DNA of 64,000 bases from the IMG/VR virus record IMGVR_UViG_3300020434_000055. One strand, 5' to 3'. Below the pieces are notes generated by a model, which made no database searches, was not told where the DNA came from, and saw only the letters and a program-made list of their open reading frames with translations. The position numbers and the translations under genes are program-made. This DNA comes from a virus. Taxonomy: Duplodnaviria; Caudoviricetes. Shown in pieces: positions 11,290 to 21,411 of this stretch (position 1 is its first letter; each line of letters opens with the position of its first letter).

Positions 11290-14200
11290 TAGTATCCACT
11301 TCCACTACTGGCTCCTGTTGAACTCACCACTCCAGTACTGGTCGAGGATGTTGACGATACAACTTTGCCAGATGATTTAATTTTAGCCGCCGTTACAGCA
11401 TCTATAATTTCTATATTATCTAACGTTGTTCCACTAACAAAGATTTCATCACTTTCAGATTTAACTTCATAAAGACTACCGAAAGTTTGTGTTGTTTCAT
11501 TAGGTACAATAATGAAAATTGAAATATCTGGAGCTAATTGAGTCATTACGTAAGCACTCAATTCTGAGAAATAAAATGTTTCCCCAAAATCCCAATTATC
11601 TAATGCAAAAAATTCGTCAATAGCAAGTTTAATTCTACTTTTAATATCACTATCGTTAGTTACTTCACCTACATTTTTAACAACTTTAAATGAAGCCTGA
11701 AAATTAGTTTCTGCTTGTGATCCAAATAAAATTTTATATTTTACAGGATGATATATAATTTCATCACTAATAGATTTTACTGAAGCAAGTTCTGTACCAT
11801 AATTATTGAATAAACTAGAACTACTAGGAGGTAAAGGTTTTATAGAAAGTGTACCATCTAACCATTGTCTAAAATTAGTATTATAAGTTTTAGTTACTAC
11901 ATATAAATCCATAATATTAGTTGAACTAGGATCTAATCTAGTATCACCATCTACAGTATGTACGTATTGAAATTTAAGTTTATCTCGACCTATATGTTGT
12001 TTATAATCAGTTGTATCCGTAAGTGTATTAGAAGTACCGTTTACTATTTTAAATGCATCTTCATCTGCTAGATAAATTACGCTATCATCAACATAGGTAC
12101 TATATGCACCTATGGCACTTGTATTTTGTTTCACAATAATACTTTCTGTTGTTGCATCAACATATCTCCAATCTTCTACATTTGATGATGTATATCTTTT
12201 TTGAAAAATATATTTTGTAAGAGGATTGATAGAAGAAGCAACGACATCATCAAATGCTGTTGGATTATCTACAATACCGTCTTGATCTGAATCATAATGA
12301 GTTAATTCTATTTTTTTACTATCTACATAACCATTTACATCTCTATATTCTTTAGTAATATTAAATACGACTTCATTAGTCATTGGCGTTATTACATCAG
12401 GAGCAGTGTTTATGCTTAATACAGAAATTTTATCTTGTAATGTTTTTCCTGTTTTATAATCATAATTTCTATCTGCACTATCAAAAAAGAATCTAATTTC
12501 TTTGTCACTTTCAAATATATAACGCATACCTCTTGACGTCATAGTATATGTTTCACCATTATTGGTAAACAAAAGTATCCAACTAGAATCTAATTGCATA
12601 TTACTAGAGTCACCTGTTTTTCCTGTGCTAAATGTACCATAAATGTTAAGATTGTTTTCATCAATTACTTTCCAATTTCTTGATGATACATCATATCTTA
12701 AAGCAAAAGTTTTGTATGAATAAATTTGATCAATTAATTGAATTTTTATATCATTAGTAAGATATTTGTTAAATTTTGGAAGAATCTGTGTTAATATTGC
12801 ATTGCTTGGTATAATATCATTAAATTTAATTGCGCCTGATCCATCTGTATCGTTTGTTGTACCATCCCCTAAAACACTAACTACACCTGTCCATTTGTAA
12901 GTAGATGAACCACCATGATCGGCATCGCCCGCCATTAATGTTCCATCAGACATAAAATGATAACCTGTTGGCGCTTCAAATTTACAAAGTGCCCCTGCTT
13001 CTAAGTATTTTAATTGACTTGCTGTATATGAACCTACATCATATTTCGTTGCATTTGCATCTTGAAAATAACCTGTACTTAAATTTGTATCTTTAGTTAC
13101 TTGAGTCCACGTAGGAAGAAGATCAGTTAATAAAATTTTTGGAAATTTATCAGTATAAAAATTAAAAATTCGTTTAGTCGCCAATCCAGGTTCTATAGTA
13201 TTAATAATAACTCCGTCAATGTCTGTCCGTGTAGAAAAAGTAAAAGTACCTAAATCGTCTACATTTTCTTTATAAACTACTCCGTCATTACCATATAAAT
13301 TAGTATTACTATATTTTCCTGTAGCATCTAATAAATCAAAATATCTAGATATACCACTTGATGTTCTATTGACAGCTTTAATTTTTAAAATTTCTTGATT
13401 TTTTGTTAATGGTACAATATTATAATCTTCTCCTGTAATCATTCTATTTTGTGTATAATAAGTGGAAGGAGCATTTGTACGTATTTCTGCATTTGTTTCA
13501 GAAGTAGTTGCATTATCTACTGTATATTTTAATCCCATAGTTAATGATAATGTTTCTGTTTTATTATTTTCACTAACATAAGGAATATCAATTTGAATAT
13601 TTTGCATATCTTCAGGAATTATTTTAAATCTTCTATTATCACTTACTCTATAATAAACTTTAAATGATCCTTGAGGTAAATTCCCAAAAACTCCATCAGA
13701 AAATTGTAATCTTACTCTATCATCTGTTTTAGTAATAACAGAATATATATTTCTAATATTTTTAGCAGTACTATTATAAATTGCATTATTACCTTCAGTT
13801 GATGAAAGTTGTTCCCAAAGTGCGGTTTCTATATTAAATTCATTTACAGAATACAACCAAATATCTGTATTATTAATATTAGTAGAATCTATATCAACTG
13901 CTTGATTTGAACTAGGATTATCAATTGCATAATCTCCTGAATCTAAAACACCTTGTCTAAAATGCATAAAGAATCCAGTATTATTACTTCCATTACCTCT
14001 ACCATCATCTCTATGTACTAAAGATGTTTGTCTTCCGGCTAATGGAGCTTCTTCTGTTATAGTTAATTCATCTGTTGTAGTTGAAACTATTTCAAAATCA
14101 GTATTTTTACCATCTATATTTTTTGCAAAACTATACACTGGTACAAGACTTGATACAGAAGTAAATTTATATTGATGTGTTGGTATACCATCTATTGTTG

Positions 14201-14729
14201 TTTTTCGAACTGGTTTTCCAAATTTTTCATTAACTGGTAAAGCAACATTTAAAACTTTTATAAATTGTTCGTACCAATTAGCATTACTAGGATCATTCCA
14301 TGATACAGATTGATTTGATAAATTTAAATTATTACTATCTAATAAATCTTCTGTAGTTGATATTGCATCTATCTTAAGAATTCCATTTGCCGCTTGATTT
14401 CTTGTAGCATTATAACTGAGTAATCTTGCTAATCTTAAAATTGATTCTCTTCTTTCTGCTAATTCTAAATAATTTTCTCTTGCATTTAAATCTATTCTAA
14501 AAGCAATATTTTGACTTAAAAATGCAATCATATCTATTAATGCTAGATATTCACTACTTTCAATATAATCATTAAAATCTTCTGGATAATTTTGTCTTAA
14601 ATAGGTGATTAAAGTTCTTCGAATTGTATTAAAATCATAACTTTTAAATTCAGCATTTTTATAAGTCTGATAAATTCTTTTCCAATCTTCTGCTAATAAT
14701 AATCTATTTTGTCTATCTGTAGATGACAT
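11289..14729 (-). CDS. gp6: Baseplate wedge subunit, T4 gp6-like (1146 aa)
   Basis: N-terminal YDFNTIRRTLITYLRQNYPEDFNDYIESSEYLALIDMIAF and TQNRMITGEDY match gp6/baseplate-J-type motifs; adjacent to gp25. Confidence 0.8.
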   Translation of the reverse strand: MSSTDRQNRLLLAEDWKRIYQTYKNAEFKSYDFNTIRRTLITYLRQNYPEDFNDYIESSEYLALIDMIAFLSQNIAFRIDLNARENYLELAERRESILRLARLLSYNATRNQAANGILKIDAISTTEDLLDSNNLNLSNQSVSWNDPSNANWYEQFIKVLNVALPVNEKFGKPVRKTTIDGIPTHQYKFTSVSSLVPVYSFAKNIDGKNTDFEIVSTTTDELTITEEAPLAGRQTSLVHRDDGRGNGSNNTGFFMHFRQGVLDSGDYAIDNPSSNQAVDIDSTNINNTDIWLYSVNEFNIETALWEQLSSTEGNNAIYNSTAKNIRNIYSVITKTDDRVRLQFSDGVFGNLPQGSFKVYYRVSDNRRFKIIPEDMQNIQIDIPYVSENNKTETLSLTMGLKYTVDNATTSETNAEIRTNAPSTYYTQNRMITGEDYNIVPLTKNQEILKIKAVNRTSSGISRYFDLLDATGKYSNTNLYGNDGVVYKENVDDLGTFTFSTRTDIDGVIINTIEPGLATKRIFNFYTDKFPKILLTDLLPTWTQVTKDTNLSTGYFQDANATKYDVGSYTASQLKYLEAGALCKFEAPTGYHFMSDGTLMAGDADHGGSSTYKWTGVVSVLGDGTTNDTDGSGAIKFNDIIPSNAILTQILPKFNKYLTNDIKIQLIDQIYSYKTFALRYDVSSRNWKVIDENNLNIYGTFSTGKTGDSSNMQLDSSWILLFTNNGETYTMTSRGMRYIFESDKEIRFFFDSADRNYDYKTGKTLQDKISVLSINTAPDVITPMTNEVVFNITKEYRDVNGYVDSKKIELTHYDSDQDGIVDNPTAFDDVVASSINPLTKYIFQKRYTSSNVEDWRYVDATTESIIVKQNTSAIGAYSTYVDDSVIYLADEDAFKIVNGTSNTLTDTTDYKQHIGRDKLKFQYVHTVDGDTRLDPSSTNIMDLYVVTKTYNTNFRQWLDGTLSIKPLPPSSSSLFNNYGTELASVKSISDEIIYHPVKYKILFGSQAETNFQASFKVVKNVGEVTNDSDIKSRIKLAIDEFFALDNWDFGETFYFSELSAYVMTQLAPDISIFIIVPNETTQTFGSLYEVKSESDEIFVSGTTLDNIEIIDAVTAAKIKSSGKVVSSTSSTSTGVVSSTGASSGSGY

Positions 14730-14833
14730 TATTTCCCTTTTGGTCTTACAATTGTTTGCGTAGACCCATCTGTTAAAGTTACAGTTGTAATAGTGTAACT
14801 ATTGTTTTGTGTATATGTAAAACTGCTAATCAT
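14729..14833 (-). CDS. 34-aa microprotein MISSFTYTQNNSYTITTVTLTDGSTQTIVRPKGK (not in ORF track)
   Basis: ATG 14833, AGGA Shine-Dalgarno at 14844-14841 (7-nt spacing), TAAATA late-promoter core at 14860-14855, and a TAA stop overlapping the gp6 ATG (TAATG). Confidence 0.6.
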   Translation of the reverse strand: MISSFTYTQNNSYTITTVTLTDGSTQTIVRPKGK

Positions 14834-14854
14834 TAATATGTCCTATTTTAAGTA

Positions 14855-14860
14855 TATTTA
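14855..14860 (-). promoter_or_regulatory. T4-type late promoter core TAAATA
   Basis: TAAATA in the gp25-gp6 intergenic gap. The same core lies just upstream of many structural genes (15344-15339, 21360-21355, 26871-26866 and 28081-28076 on minus; 28032-39, 32011-16, 32917-22, 37155-60, 38682-87, 38975-80, 39556-61, 42143-48, 45090-97 and 59551-56 on plus). Confidence 0.6.
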
Positions 14861-14889
14861 TTTCCTCTCTATAACTACCCAGTTAATTT

Positions 14890-15333
14890 CTAAATTAAAC
14901 CAGCGGCCTCATCAAATTTCATCCTTAAACTTTCTGATATATTATAAGGAAGATAGGTTAAATTGCATTCAATTTGTATACCACTTTCATATGAAGTAAT
15001 TGCTATACCTTCAGCCTGAATTCTTGGGTCAAAATTGATTATGTTAGAAACATCTTCTTCTATAACTTCTTTTAATCTTTCTGTTAATGGTTCATGAAGA
15101 ATATCCCATATTATTGTCCCAAATTCTGGATTTTCTAATTTTTCTCCCTGCCTAATATGAAAATGATTAATTAAATCTTGTTTAATTAAAGCAATGTCGT
15201 GAAGTGTAAAACTATTATTATCAGAATTAGCCGTACTAATTCCTTTATAATGCCTTTGAAAAGCCGGTGCTTTAGGTTTTTCATTAGACTTAACACTAAT
15301 TTGTTTATATAAATCTTTTTCTTTTGTGCTCAT
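14890..15333 (-). CDS. gp25: Baseplate wedge / sheath-nucleating protein, gp25-like
   Basis: LIKQDLINHFHIRQGEKLENPEFGTIIWDILHEPL is a GPW/gp25 family signature. Confidence 0.85.
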   Translation of the reverse strand: MSTKEKDLYKQISVKSNEKPKAPAFQRHYKGISTANSDNNSFTLHDIALIKQDLINHFHIRQGEKLENPEFGTIIWDILHEPLTERLKEVIEEDVSNIINFDPRIQAEGIAITSYESGIQIECNLTYLPYNISESLRMKFDEAAGLI

Positions 15334-15341
15334 ATAATTAT

Positions 15342-15653
15342 TTAACCTCCTGCAAAAACGTTACTTGAACCTGTTGTAATATCTTCCGATCCATTATATT
15401 TTGAACCTAATGTAGCAACATTTAGATTATTAGCAAATACTGTAGGCTGATAATCCGCGTCTAGTGGCGGAGAATGAGATGGACACGGCGGTAATGGTGG
15501 CCAAGTATGTGTAGTAACTAAATCAGTTTTACGAACAACACCGATATTATTAGCAAATACGTTACCCGAACATTCATTTGTAGTTGTTGTTCCAGTACAC
15601 ACGTGATTTGTAGCTACTGTATCTGTTGTATCTCCTCTTGCTACTTTTGGCAT
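15342..15653 (-). CDS. PAAR-like spike-tip protein (gp5.4-like)
   Basis: MPKVARGD start, His/Cys Zn-ligand pattern (NHVC, THT, CPSH), VFANN repeats and C-terminal TGSSNVFAG; lies directly after gp5. Confidence 0.85.
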   Translation of the reverse strand: MPKVARGDTTDTVATNHVCTGTTTTNECSGNVFANNIGVVRKTDLVTTHTWPPLPPCPSHSPPLDADYQPTVFANNLNVATLGSKYNGSEDITTGSSNVFAGG

Positions 15654-15662
15654 ATATCTCCT

Positions 15663-17462
15663 TTAATAACTCGACCCTTTAGTTGATGTATTTAAAAAAG
15701 TATCTGGTATTGGCGTTAAGTCTTTATCATTTGTAACTGTAATTGCTCCTTCTTCTTTTTCAAACGCATCTCTATCTGTTAATGTAGTTTTAAATGCTAA
15801 TGGGTTTAAATTTTCGTGTTGATTCCAAGGTTCATGTTGTGGTGAACGTTGCACTAAAATTGGGTTTTCTTCATGCCCAGGTAATTTGTGAGTTGTAAGT
15901 GGTACAACTTCTAAAGATTTTTCAGCCTCAAGAGCCAAACCGGCTTCAGCGGCGGCAGGACCATTCATATGAATATTTGAAGCAGTTTCTATATGATCAC
16001 CACCCGACTTAATATGAGATGTTCCTCCTGATGTAATTTTTGTTTCTAAATCAGTATGAATATGAGTATTTCCACTTTCCGCAGTTAATTTATTATCTAT
16101 AACAGAAAGAACTTCAAAATTTTCTCCAGATGTAATTTTAGTTGTCTGTGTCGTATTAATATCTAATTCACCCAAAGTAGTCACTAGCATATCACCTGTT
16201 GTATGTGCTTCAAAATTTCCTGTTGTTGTAATATACATTCCATTTCCCACAAGTAAACTTGTTTCTGCATTTGATTCTAATTGTATTCTTCCTAATTTTT
16301 CTAAACTACCATCATCTTTTAAAGGACCTTTAAGTGTTTTATCTCCTGCATATTGACCACTTGCTTTAAGATTTATATTTCCTCCTGCTTCAATTGTTAC
16401 GTCTCTATCTGCTGTTAGATTAAAATCATTTTTTGTATGAAAACTTATACTATCTTCTGCAAATACATCCACTTTCCCATCAGAGCTTAATTCTACCCAA
16501 GAAGTTCCATTTGCATTACCAATATAAATTAAATCCTCAGAGTTATGAAAAAGAAGTTGGTGACCTGTTCTGGTTCTTATTCTAGTTAATTCATTATGTG
16601 GAACATCTACTTTTCCAGTTGATGGTTGATCACCTCGTTCTATATTAATATATTCAGAATGACCTTCACTTGCATTAGTTTTTCTAATAAATTTGTCATC
16701 ACCATCATCCATTACAAAGCTACTTCCACCTAATCTCGAATGAGGACGACCGTCCATTGAATCTCTATGTTTTTTATCTTTTGGTCCAGGTGTATTAATA
16801 CCAAATACAGCAGAAGGTACTTCACGTCTGGCACTTGACGTTGTTATGCCCCTTGTTTCATCTTCTAATAATCCTTGGGTTTCTAAAACAGTCTTAAAAT
16901 CTGAATTTACTGGTTTTGGAAGTCTAACATATTCTCTTACAGGATGTCCAGGCTTATTAAATGCCATTCTTATTTTATTATGTTCTCCTACAGGTAGTTT
17001 CTTTTTTTCTACATTAGTCCCATCAATATTACGAGTTGCAGTCCGACCATCTGGAACCATAAAATTCATTAATTCTTGTTGAACACATCCAATCCAATAA
17101 CCATTATTAAGTTGTCCTTCCACAAATATAACTAAAACCATATTTCCTACATCTGGTGGAACCATCCACATACCATAACTTTGTTGACTAGCTTTATATC
17201 CTGGGTTGCTTGTTAATCCTTTTTCAGATGTAGTACCATAAAAAGGATACAAATATTTTACAAAAGTTTTTTGTCCTGATCTTATTGGATTTCCTCCGTC
17301 TACACTTCTTATTAGTTCTACTTCAAGGGATCCTCCATAATTAGGATCTAAAACATTTGTAACAATTGCTTCAAATGGTCCCGAATCTCGATTTATCTTC
17401 CCTTTTTCTAATTGGTTAGAATCTCGTTTTACTATAGGTTTAAAATCATCAGCTTCAAACAT
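15663..17462 (-). CDS. gp5: Baseplate central spike, gp5-like (OB-fold plus beta-helix; no lysozyme domain recognised)
   Basis: N-terminal GPFEAIVTNVLDP...YGMWMVPPDVGNMVLVIF..G..NNGYWIG (Vgr/gp5 OB-fold), RIRTRTGHQLLFHNSED, then ~8-residue beta-strand repeats ending IHMNGPAA; PAAR gene follows. Confidence 0.8.
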   Translation of the reverse strand: MFEADDFKPIVKRDSNQLEKGKINRDSGPFEAIVTNVLDPNYGGSLEVELIRSVDGGNPIRSGQKTFVKYLYPFYGTTSEKGLTSNPGYKASQQSYGMWMVPPDVGNMVLVIFVEGQLNNGYWIGCVQQELMNFMVPDGRTATRNIDGTNVEKKKLPVGEHNKIRMAFNKPGHPVREYVRLPKPVNSDFKTVLETQGLLEDETRGITTSSARREVPSAVFGINTPGPKDKKHRDSMDGRPHSRLGGSSFVMDDGDDKFIRKTNASEGHSEYINIERGDQPSTGKVDVPHNELTRIRTRTGHQLLFHNSEDLIYIGNANGTSWVELSSDGKVDVFAEDSISFHTKNDFNLTADRDVTIEAGGNINLKASGQYAGDKTLKGPLKDDGSLEKLGRIQLESNAETSLLVGNGMYITTTGNFEAHTTGDMLVTTLGELDINTTQTTKITSGENFEVLSVIDNKLTAESGNTHIHTDLETKITSGGTSHIKSGGDHIETASNIHMNGPAAAEAGLALEAEKSLEVVPLTTHKLPGHEENPILVQRSPQHEPWNQHENLNPLAFKTTLTDRDAFEKEEGAITVTNDKDLTPIPDTFLNTSTKGSSY

Positions 17463-20146
17463 TATAAAAATCCTTTAATTTCTTTAACTTTTTGGTTCAT
17501 TTCATATAGTATTTGGTCCTCAGATTTCTTTTTTCCTTCAAGATCATATATTTTACCTATGTTTTCTGCTTTTTCTGAGTAAGAATATTTTTTTGGATCT
17601 ATTTTTTCTGAATTATCTTCTTTTTTAATAACTGCTTTAGTTGTCTTTTTAAGTTGTCCGACTGGTTGATTGTTTATTCTAACTAATGATAAAGTTTGTT
17701 CAAATTTACCATTAACAAATTGACTATTAACAAATATAACTCTCCATATTCCACTAAGAGCTTGTAAATTTTCTCCTTGACCACCTTTTAATGTTGATTG
17801 GTCTGAACTTGCCTTTTGAGTGGGGAAATCCATTCCTCCTTCATCATTATAATCTAATGGTGATCTAAATTCTAATACTAAACATACTTGTCCTAAAGTA
17901 AAAGGCGCTGTGTTATCATCATCTCTAAAACCTTCAGGCCTATTCCATTCGTCTGTTACAACATATTTTGCTTGATAATTGCTCAGCCCAGTATTAGGCA
18001 TCCAATAAACATCACCCATAATTTTTAGATCGCATACAGCCAAATCTACATTACTATTAAGTATCATGTCATTAAAATATCTTGCGATTCTTATAGAATT
18101 TGTTTCTGTTCCTTGACCAGTAAGACCAGCAACACTTCCATTTATTACTTGACCTCTAAATTGTCCAGAGCCTACCGCAGTACCGTCTTGGCTTACTCCA
18201 AATTGAGCTTTATCTTCCCAAATTCCTCCGGCCTTTACATTCATATGATTTTGCGGATAAGCACCGTCATCAGGTGGAACTTTTGAATAGAACGCCGCTT
18301 TAATATCAATATTAAAATCTAACACATCTTTGTTTATTCCTTTATAGAGATAGGTATATTTTTTATTACAAAGGTCTTTTAATTTTTCCATAGAATTAGC
18401 ATAATCACCTGGTGACAAAAACAAACCTTCTACTACTTCATGTTCGATTACTGAATATACATATATTTCAGGATGTCGTCCAGTTGCTTTTAAAATTGCA
18501 GAATCCGATAATTGAAATCTAGTAGGCACAATTTTAAACCAATCTACAAGACCAGTTTTTTTAAAATTAATTCTTTCTGGTAATTTTCCTGCCCATTCGC
18601 TTAATAATATTACTTGTTCTATTATAGTTGGAATAGGTGTTCCTCTTGCAAAACTAAAACTTCTTGCCTTAGGATCAAATGTTATAGCACCTCTGTTATA
18701 AGTATCAGTTTTTTTATCATATACAAGCATCACAGCTTTTCCAGCCATTGCAAATCGAACATCCGTTTGACCTTCGTCGATCTCCTGAGTTTTTTTACCC
18801 AAATTATTATAAAAAGTATTATCAGTCACTAATGGTGAATCACCTATTTCATTACCTGTAAAATTACCGTTTGAAAAATCATCTACATATTCCTTTTGAT
18901 TAAGTCTAAGTCCTGAATCATAATTAACGGAAGCATCTACACCTTTTCCAAAAAGCGATTTTACTTTTTTACCTATTTTGTATTTTCCTGCCGTAGATTT
19001 TATACCGGCTTCATATATGGTAGGAGAAATGTCCCCAGCCCATGGTTTGGCTAATTTTACTGTGGCTCCTTCAGAACCATCATGGTCCGGTGCATCATTA
19101 ATTGATTGTCCTAATAATTGATTACTTTTAGGAAAAAATATAGCAAAATCATAAGGTTTTCTTTTACCTATTTTTCCATACCCTTGTTCTGCTGTATAAA
19201 CACCAATATCTGGAGTTGGTGCAGAGTAGGTTTTTACAAATTTTACATTTAATTGTTCTTGTAAACTATTTTTACCCCATTGTAAAACTTCGCCTACAGT
19301 TCTTCCTGATAAATGAATTTCTTTTCCAATCTTTGCAATATGATTTGCAAAAATATGTTCATTATTTGCATATGCTTCTACTGAATATACTGCTCCTCCT
19401 TGATTTACAGAGAAATCCATACTCGCAACAGTGATGTGAATTATTCTTCTTAAAGGATGTATATCTTCTAATGTTAATTCTTCTTCTTGTTCACCTTTAA
19501 AATCTATTATAAGAGCATACTGGGCGTGTAAGTGACTTGTTCCTTTATATCCTCCAATATCATTATTAGCCGCTTCTGCCTTCAATTGCATTGCTTCTAA
19601 AGTTTTTCCTATGCTATAAGGTTCGTGAATTTTAAAATTTATAGCTGTTGCTTTTGAATGTCCGGTTTTTGGAGATTGACTTACATAAGCATTAACTTCT
19701 ACTTCATCTACATAAAGTTCTAATCCGTCATGAGCAGGAGCATACCCTCCTCCTGATTTGGCTATAATATGTTGGGGCGGTCGTTGTTTTAATACTGAAG
19801 GATAATTAATTTCCGTTTCTGTTAAAGCCGCAAAGGTAAAAATTGTATTAACAGCACTATACTTATGAAGAGAATTTCCTTGTAAATTATTACCTGCATT
19901 AACGTTTTTCTTTGCGCCATTTTCTTGACTTGTACTTTTAGAAGTAAAATTTTCATAAAGGGGAGCTACAAGTCCTATATCTCCTTCTGTAAGATTAGGT
20001 TTTACTACTGAAATATTACTATTAACTTTTATATTATTAAATGTTTTAAGATAAGAATTCGTACTTTGTTTTGTAGCTCTTTGAAGATTTAATCTTTCTT
20101 TTATAATGTTTGGCTCTTTACCTATTGTCCATGCTGGTTTGACCAT
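17462..20146 (-). CDS. Probable baseplate hub protein (gp27-like position), 894 aa
   Basis: Lies between gp53 and gp5 and is translationally coupled to gp5 (TAATG). C-terminal CDLKIMGDVYW...LSGIWRVIFVNSQFVNGKFEQTLSLVR resembles the end of hub/late-control-D proteins. Confidence 0.5.
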   Translation of the reverse strand: MVKPAWTIGKEPNIIKERLNLQRATKQSTNSYLKTFNNIKVNSNISVVKPNLTEGDIGLVAPLYENFTSKSTSQENGAKKNVNAGNNLQGNSLHKYSAVNTIFTFAALTETEINYPSVLKQRPPQHIIAKSGGGYAPAHDGLELYVDEVEVNAYVSQSPKTGHSKATAINFKIHEPYSIGKTLEAMQLKAEAANNDIGGYKGTSHLHAQYALIIDFKGEQEEELTLEDIHPLRRIIHITVASMDFSVNQGGAVYSVEAYANNEHIFANHIAKIGKEIHLSGRTVGEVLQWGKNSLQEQLNVKFVKTYSAPTPDIGVYTAEQGYGKIGKRKPYDFAIFFPKSNQLLGQSINDAPDHDGSEGATVKLAKPWAGDISPTIYEAGIKSTAGKYKIGKKVKSLFGKGVDASVNYDSGLRLNQKEYVDDFSNGNFTGNEIGDSPLVTDNTFYNNLGKKTQEIDEGQTDVRFAMAGKAVMLVYDKKTDTYNRGAITFDPKARSFSFARGTPIPTIIEQVILLSEWAGKLPERINFKKTGLVDWFKIVPTRFQLSDSAILKATGRHPEIYVYSVIEHEVVEGLFLSPGDYANSMEKLKDLCNKKYTYLYKGINKDVLDFNIDIKAAFYSKVPPDDGAYPQNHMNVKAGGIWEDKAQFGVSQDGTAVGSGQFRGQVINGSVAGLTGQGTETNSIRIARYFNDMILNSNVDLAVCDLKIMGDVYWMPNTGLSNYQAKYVVTDEWNRPEGFRDDDNTAPFTLGQVCLVLEFRSPLDYNDEGGMDFPTQKASSDQSTLKGGQGENLQALSGIWRVIFVNSQFVNGKFEQTLSLVRINNQPVGQLKKTTKAVIKKEDNSEKIDPKKYSYSEKAENIGKIYDLEGKKKSEDQILYEMNQKVKEIKGFL

Positions 20147-20148
20147 AA

Positions 20149-20445
20149 TTATAGACCTAATAGTTCTCTTAATTCAGGCCCTCGAGGAATATAAATTTCT
20201 ACACCAGGTTCTAAATCAAATATTGGATCTTTTAACACATCCATATTTCTTTGAGCAAATACCCACCATAACTTTGCATTACTATAAAGGTCATGAGCTA
20301 AAAGATCAGGTCTATGATTATATTGAGGTTCTACTGTATACAAATAATCTTCAGGATGAACAGGGACAGGTCTTATTGTAAGTGTTTCAAGGTGAATATC
20401 ATTTATTTCTGTAAGATGCCAAGGACTGGTAATTGTGTAAGACAT
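20149..20445 (-). CDS. gp53: Baseplate wedge protein, gp53-like (LysM-type)
   Basis: YTVEPQYNHRPDLLAHDLYSNAKLWWVFAQRN...DPIFDLEPGVEIYIP is the typical gp53 motif. Confidence 0.85.
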   Translation of the reverse strand: MSYTITSPWHLTEINDIHLETLTIRPVPVHPEDYLYTVEPQYNHRPDLLAHDLYSNAKLWWVFAQRNMDVLKDPIFDLEPGVEIYIPRGPELRELLGL

Positions 20446-20447
20446 AA

Positions 20448-21332
20448 TTAAATAAATCCTCTTTTATTACCACTATTATAATCGCCTTTAATAAAGTCAT
20501 TAAAGTTAAATTCAGAAATTTCTTTTCTAGTATATTGTGGAACAATTGATATTGTTAATAAACTCATTGTAGGAGCATATGAAACTTTTTCTGTGTCTAT
20601 GCCTCCGTTTCCACCTGGTGCTCCAGAAAATCTACTATTTTCATAGCCACAACTAATATAGTCTACATCTGCTGGAGAATCAAATGTAAAATCTTGAACT
20701 ATTACTGGCACATTATTAAAAATATGGTCCCCATAGGCATTAAATTTTACTCTAGGAGGTGGAGAACCAGCATCTGGTGTATTCCCACCATAATGCATTT
20801 TAGTTACACATCTTAAATAATGAATACACGCCACCCAGTATCTAGCCTCCATGGCATTTTGTACATAAAATTGACCAGTGATTGTTATTCGTCCTACGCT
20901 ACTATTTTGATAAGCCCAGTATGGATAATTTGTATGAACAGGCTGTAATGAATTATATTCAGCGTGTTGTTGAATCATTACTGTTGGATTTGTAGGATAT
21001 ACAAGTCCGCCAGAATGTTCTAATGGAGCCATTAAATCTCCTTCTTGAGGAGTGTCCCACTTCGCAGGAAAACTTAATTTTACTCTCCAATCTTTTGTAC
21101 CACTTGCGTTAACAAAACTTGCACCGGCATTTGATTTTGTAATAGTAGAAATTCCATCTTTCCAATTTTTCAATGAACTATACATTCTATTAGCCTTAGA
21201 TGAAAATTTTGACATATTGATTCCATCTTTGGAAACCACGCTTGACATATCTGCTTCTGTTACTATATTAGTAAGTGCAGTTGCTTTGTTAGTAACGTGG
21301 TTTTTGAGTGTTGTAAAAATATTCTCGGCCAT
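20448..21332 (-). CDS. Baseplate tail-tube initiator/cap-like protein (gp48/gp54-like)
   Basis: Start moved to ATG 21332 (AGGAGA SD 9 nt upstream, TAAATA at 21360-21355). GLVYPTNP...ITITGQF...PPPRVKFNAYGDHIFNNVPVIVQDFTFD is a tube-fold pattern; precedes gp53. Confidence 0.55.
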   Translation of the reverse strand: MAENIFTTLKNHVTNKATALTNIVTEADMSSVVSKDGINMSKFSSKANRMYSSLKNWKDGISTITKSNAGASFVNASGTKDWRVKLSFPAKWDTPQEGDLMAPLEHSGGLVYPTNPTVMIQQHAEYNSLQPVHTNYPYWAYQNSSVGRITITGQFYVQNAMEARYWVACIHYLRCVTKMHYGGNTPDAGSPPPRVKFNAYGDHIFNNVPVIVQDFTFDSPADVDYISCGYENSRFSGAPGGNGGIDTEKVSYAPTMSLLTISIVPQYTRKEISEFNFNDFIKGDYNSGNKRGFI

Positions 21333-21361
21333 ATGCCATAATCTCCTATGCAAATATTTAG

Positions 21362-21390
21362 TTGACAAAATTAACTACTATGTTTATACT
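21362..21390 (+). promoter_or_regulatory. Sigma70-type promoter for gp55
   Basis: TTGACA (21362-67), 17-nt spacer, TATACT (21385-90); back-to-back with the minus-strand late promoter at 21360-21355. Confidence 0.8.
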
Positions 21391-21411
21391 GTAGATAATT
21401 AATAATACTAC

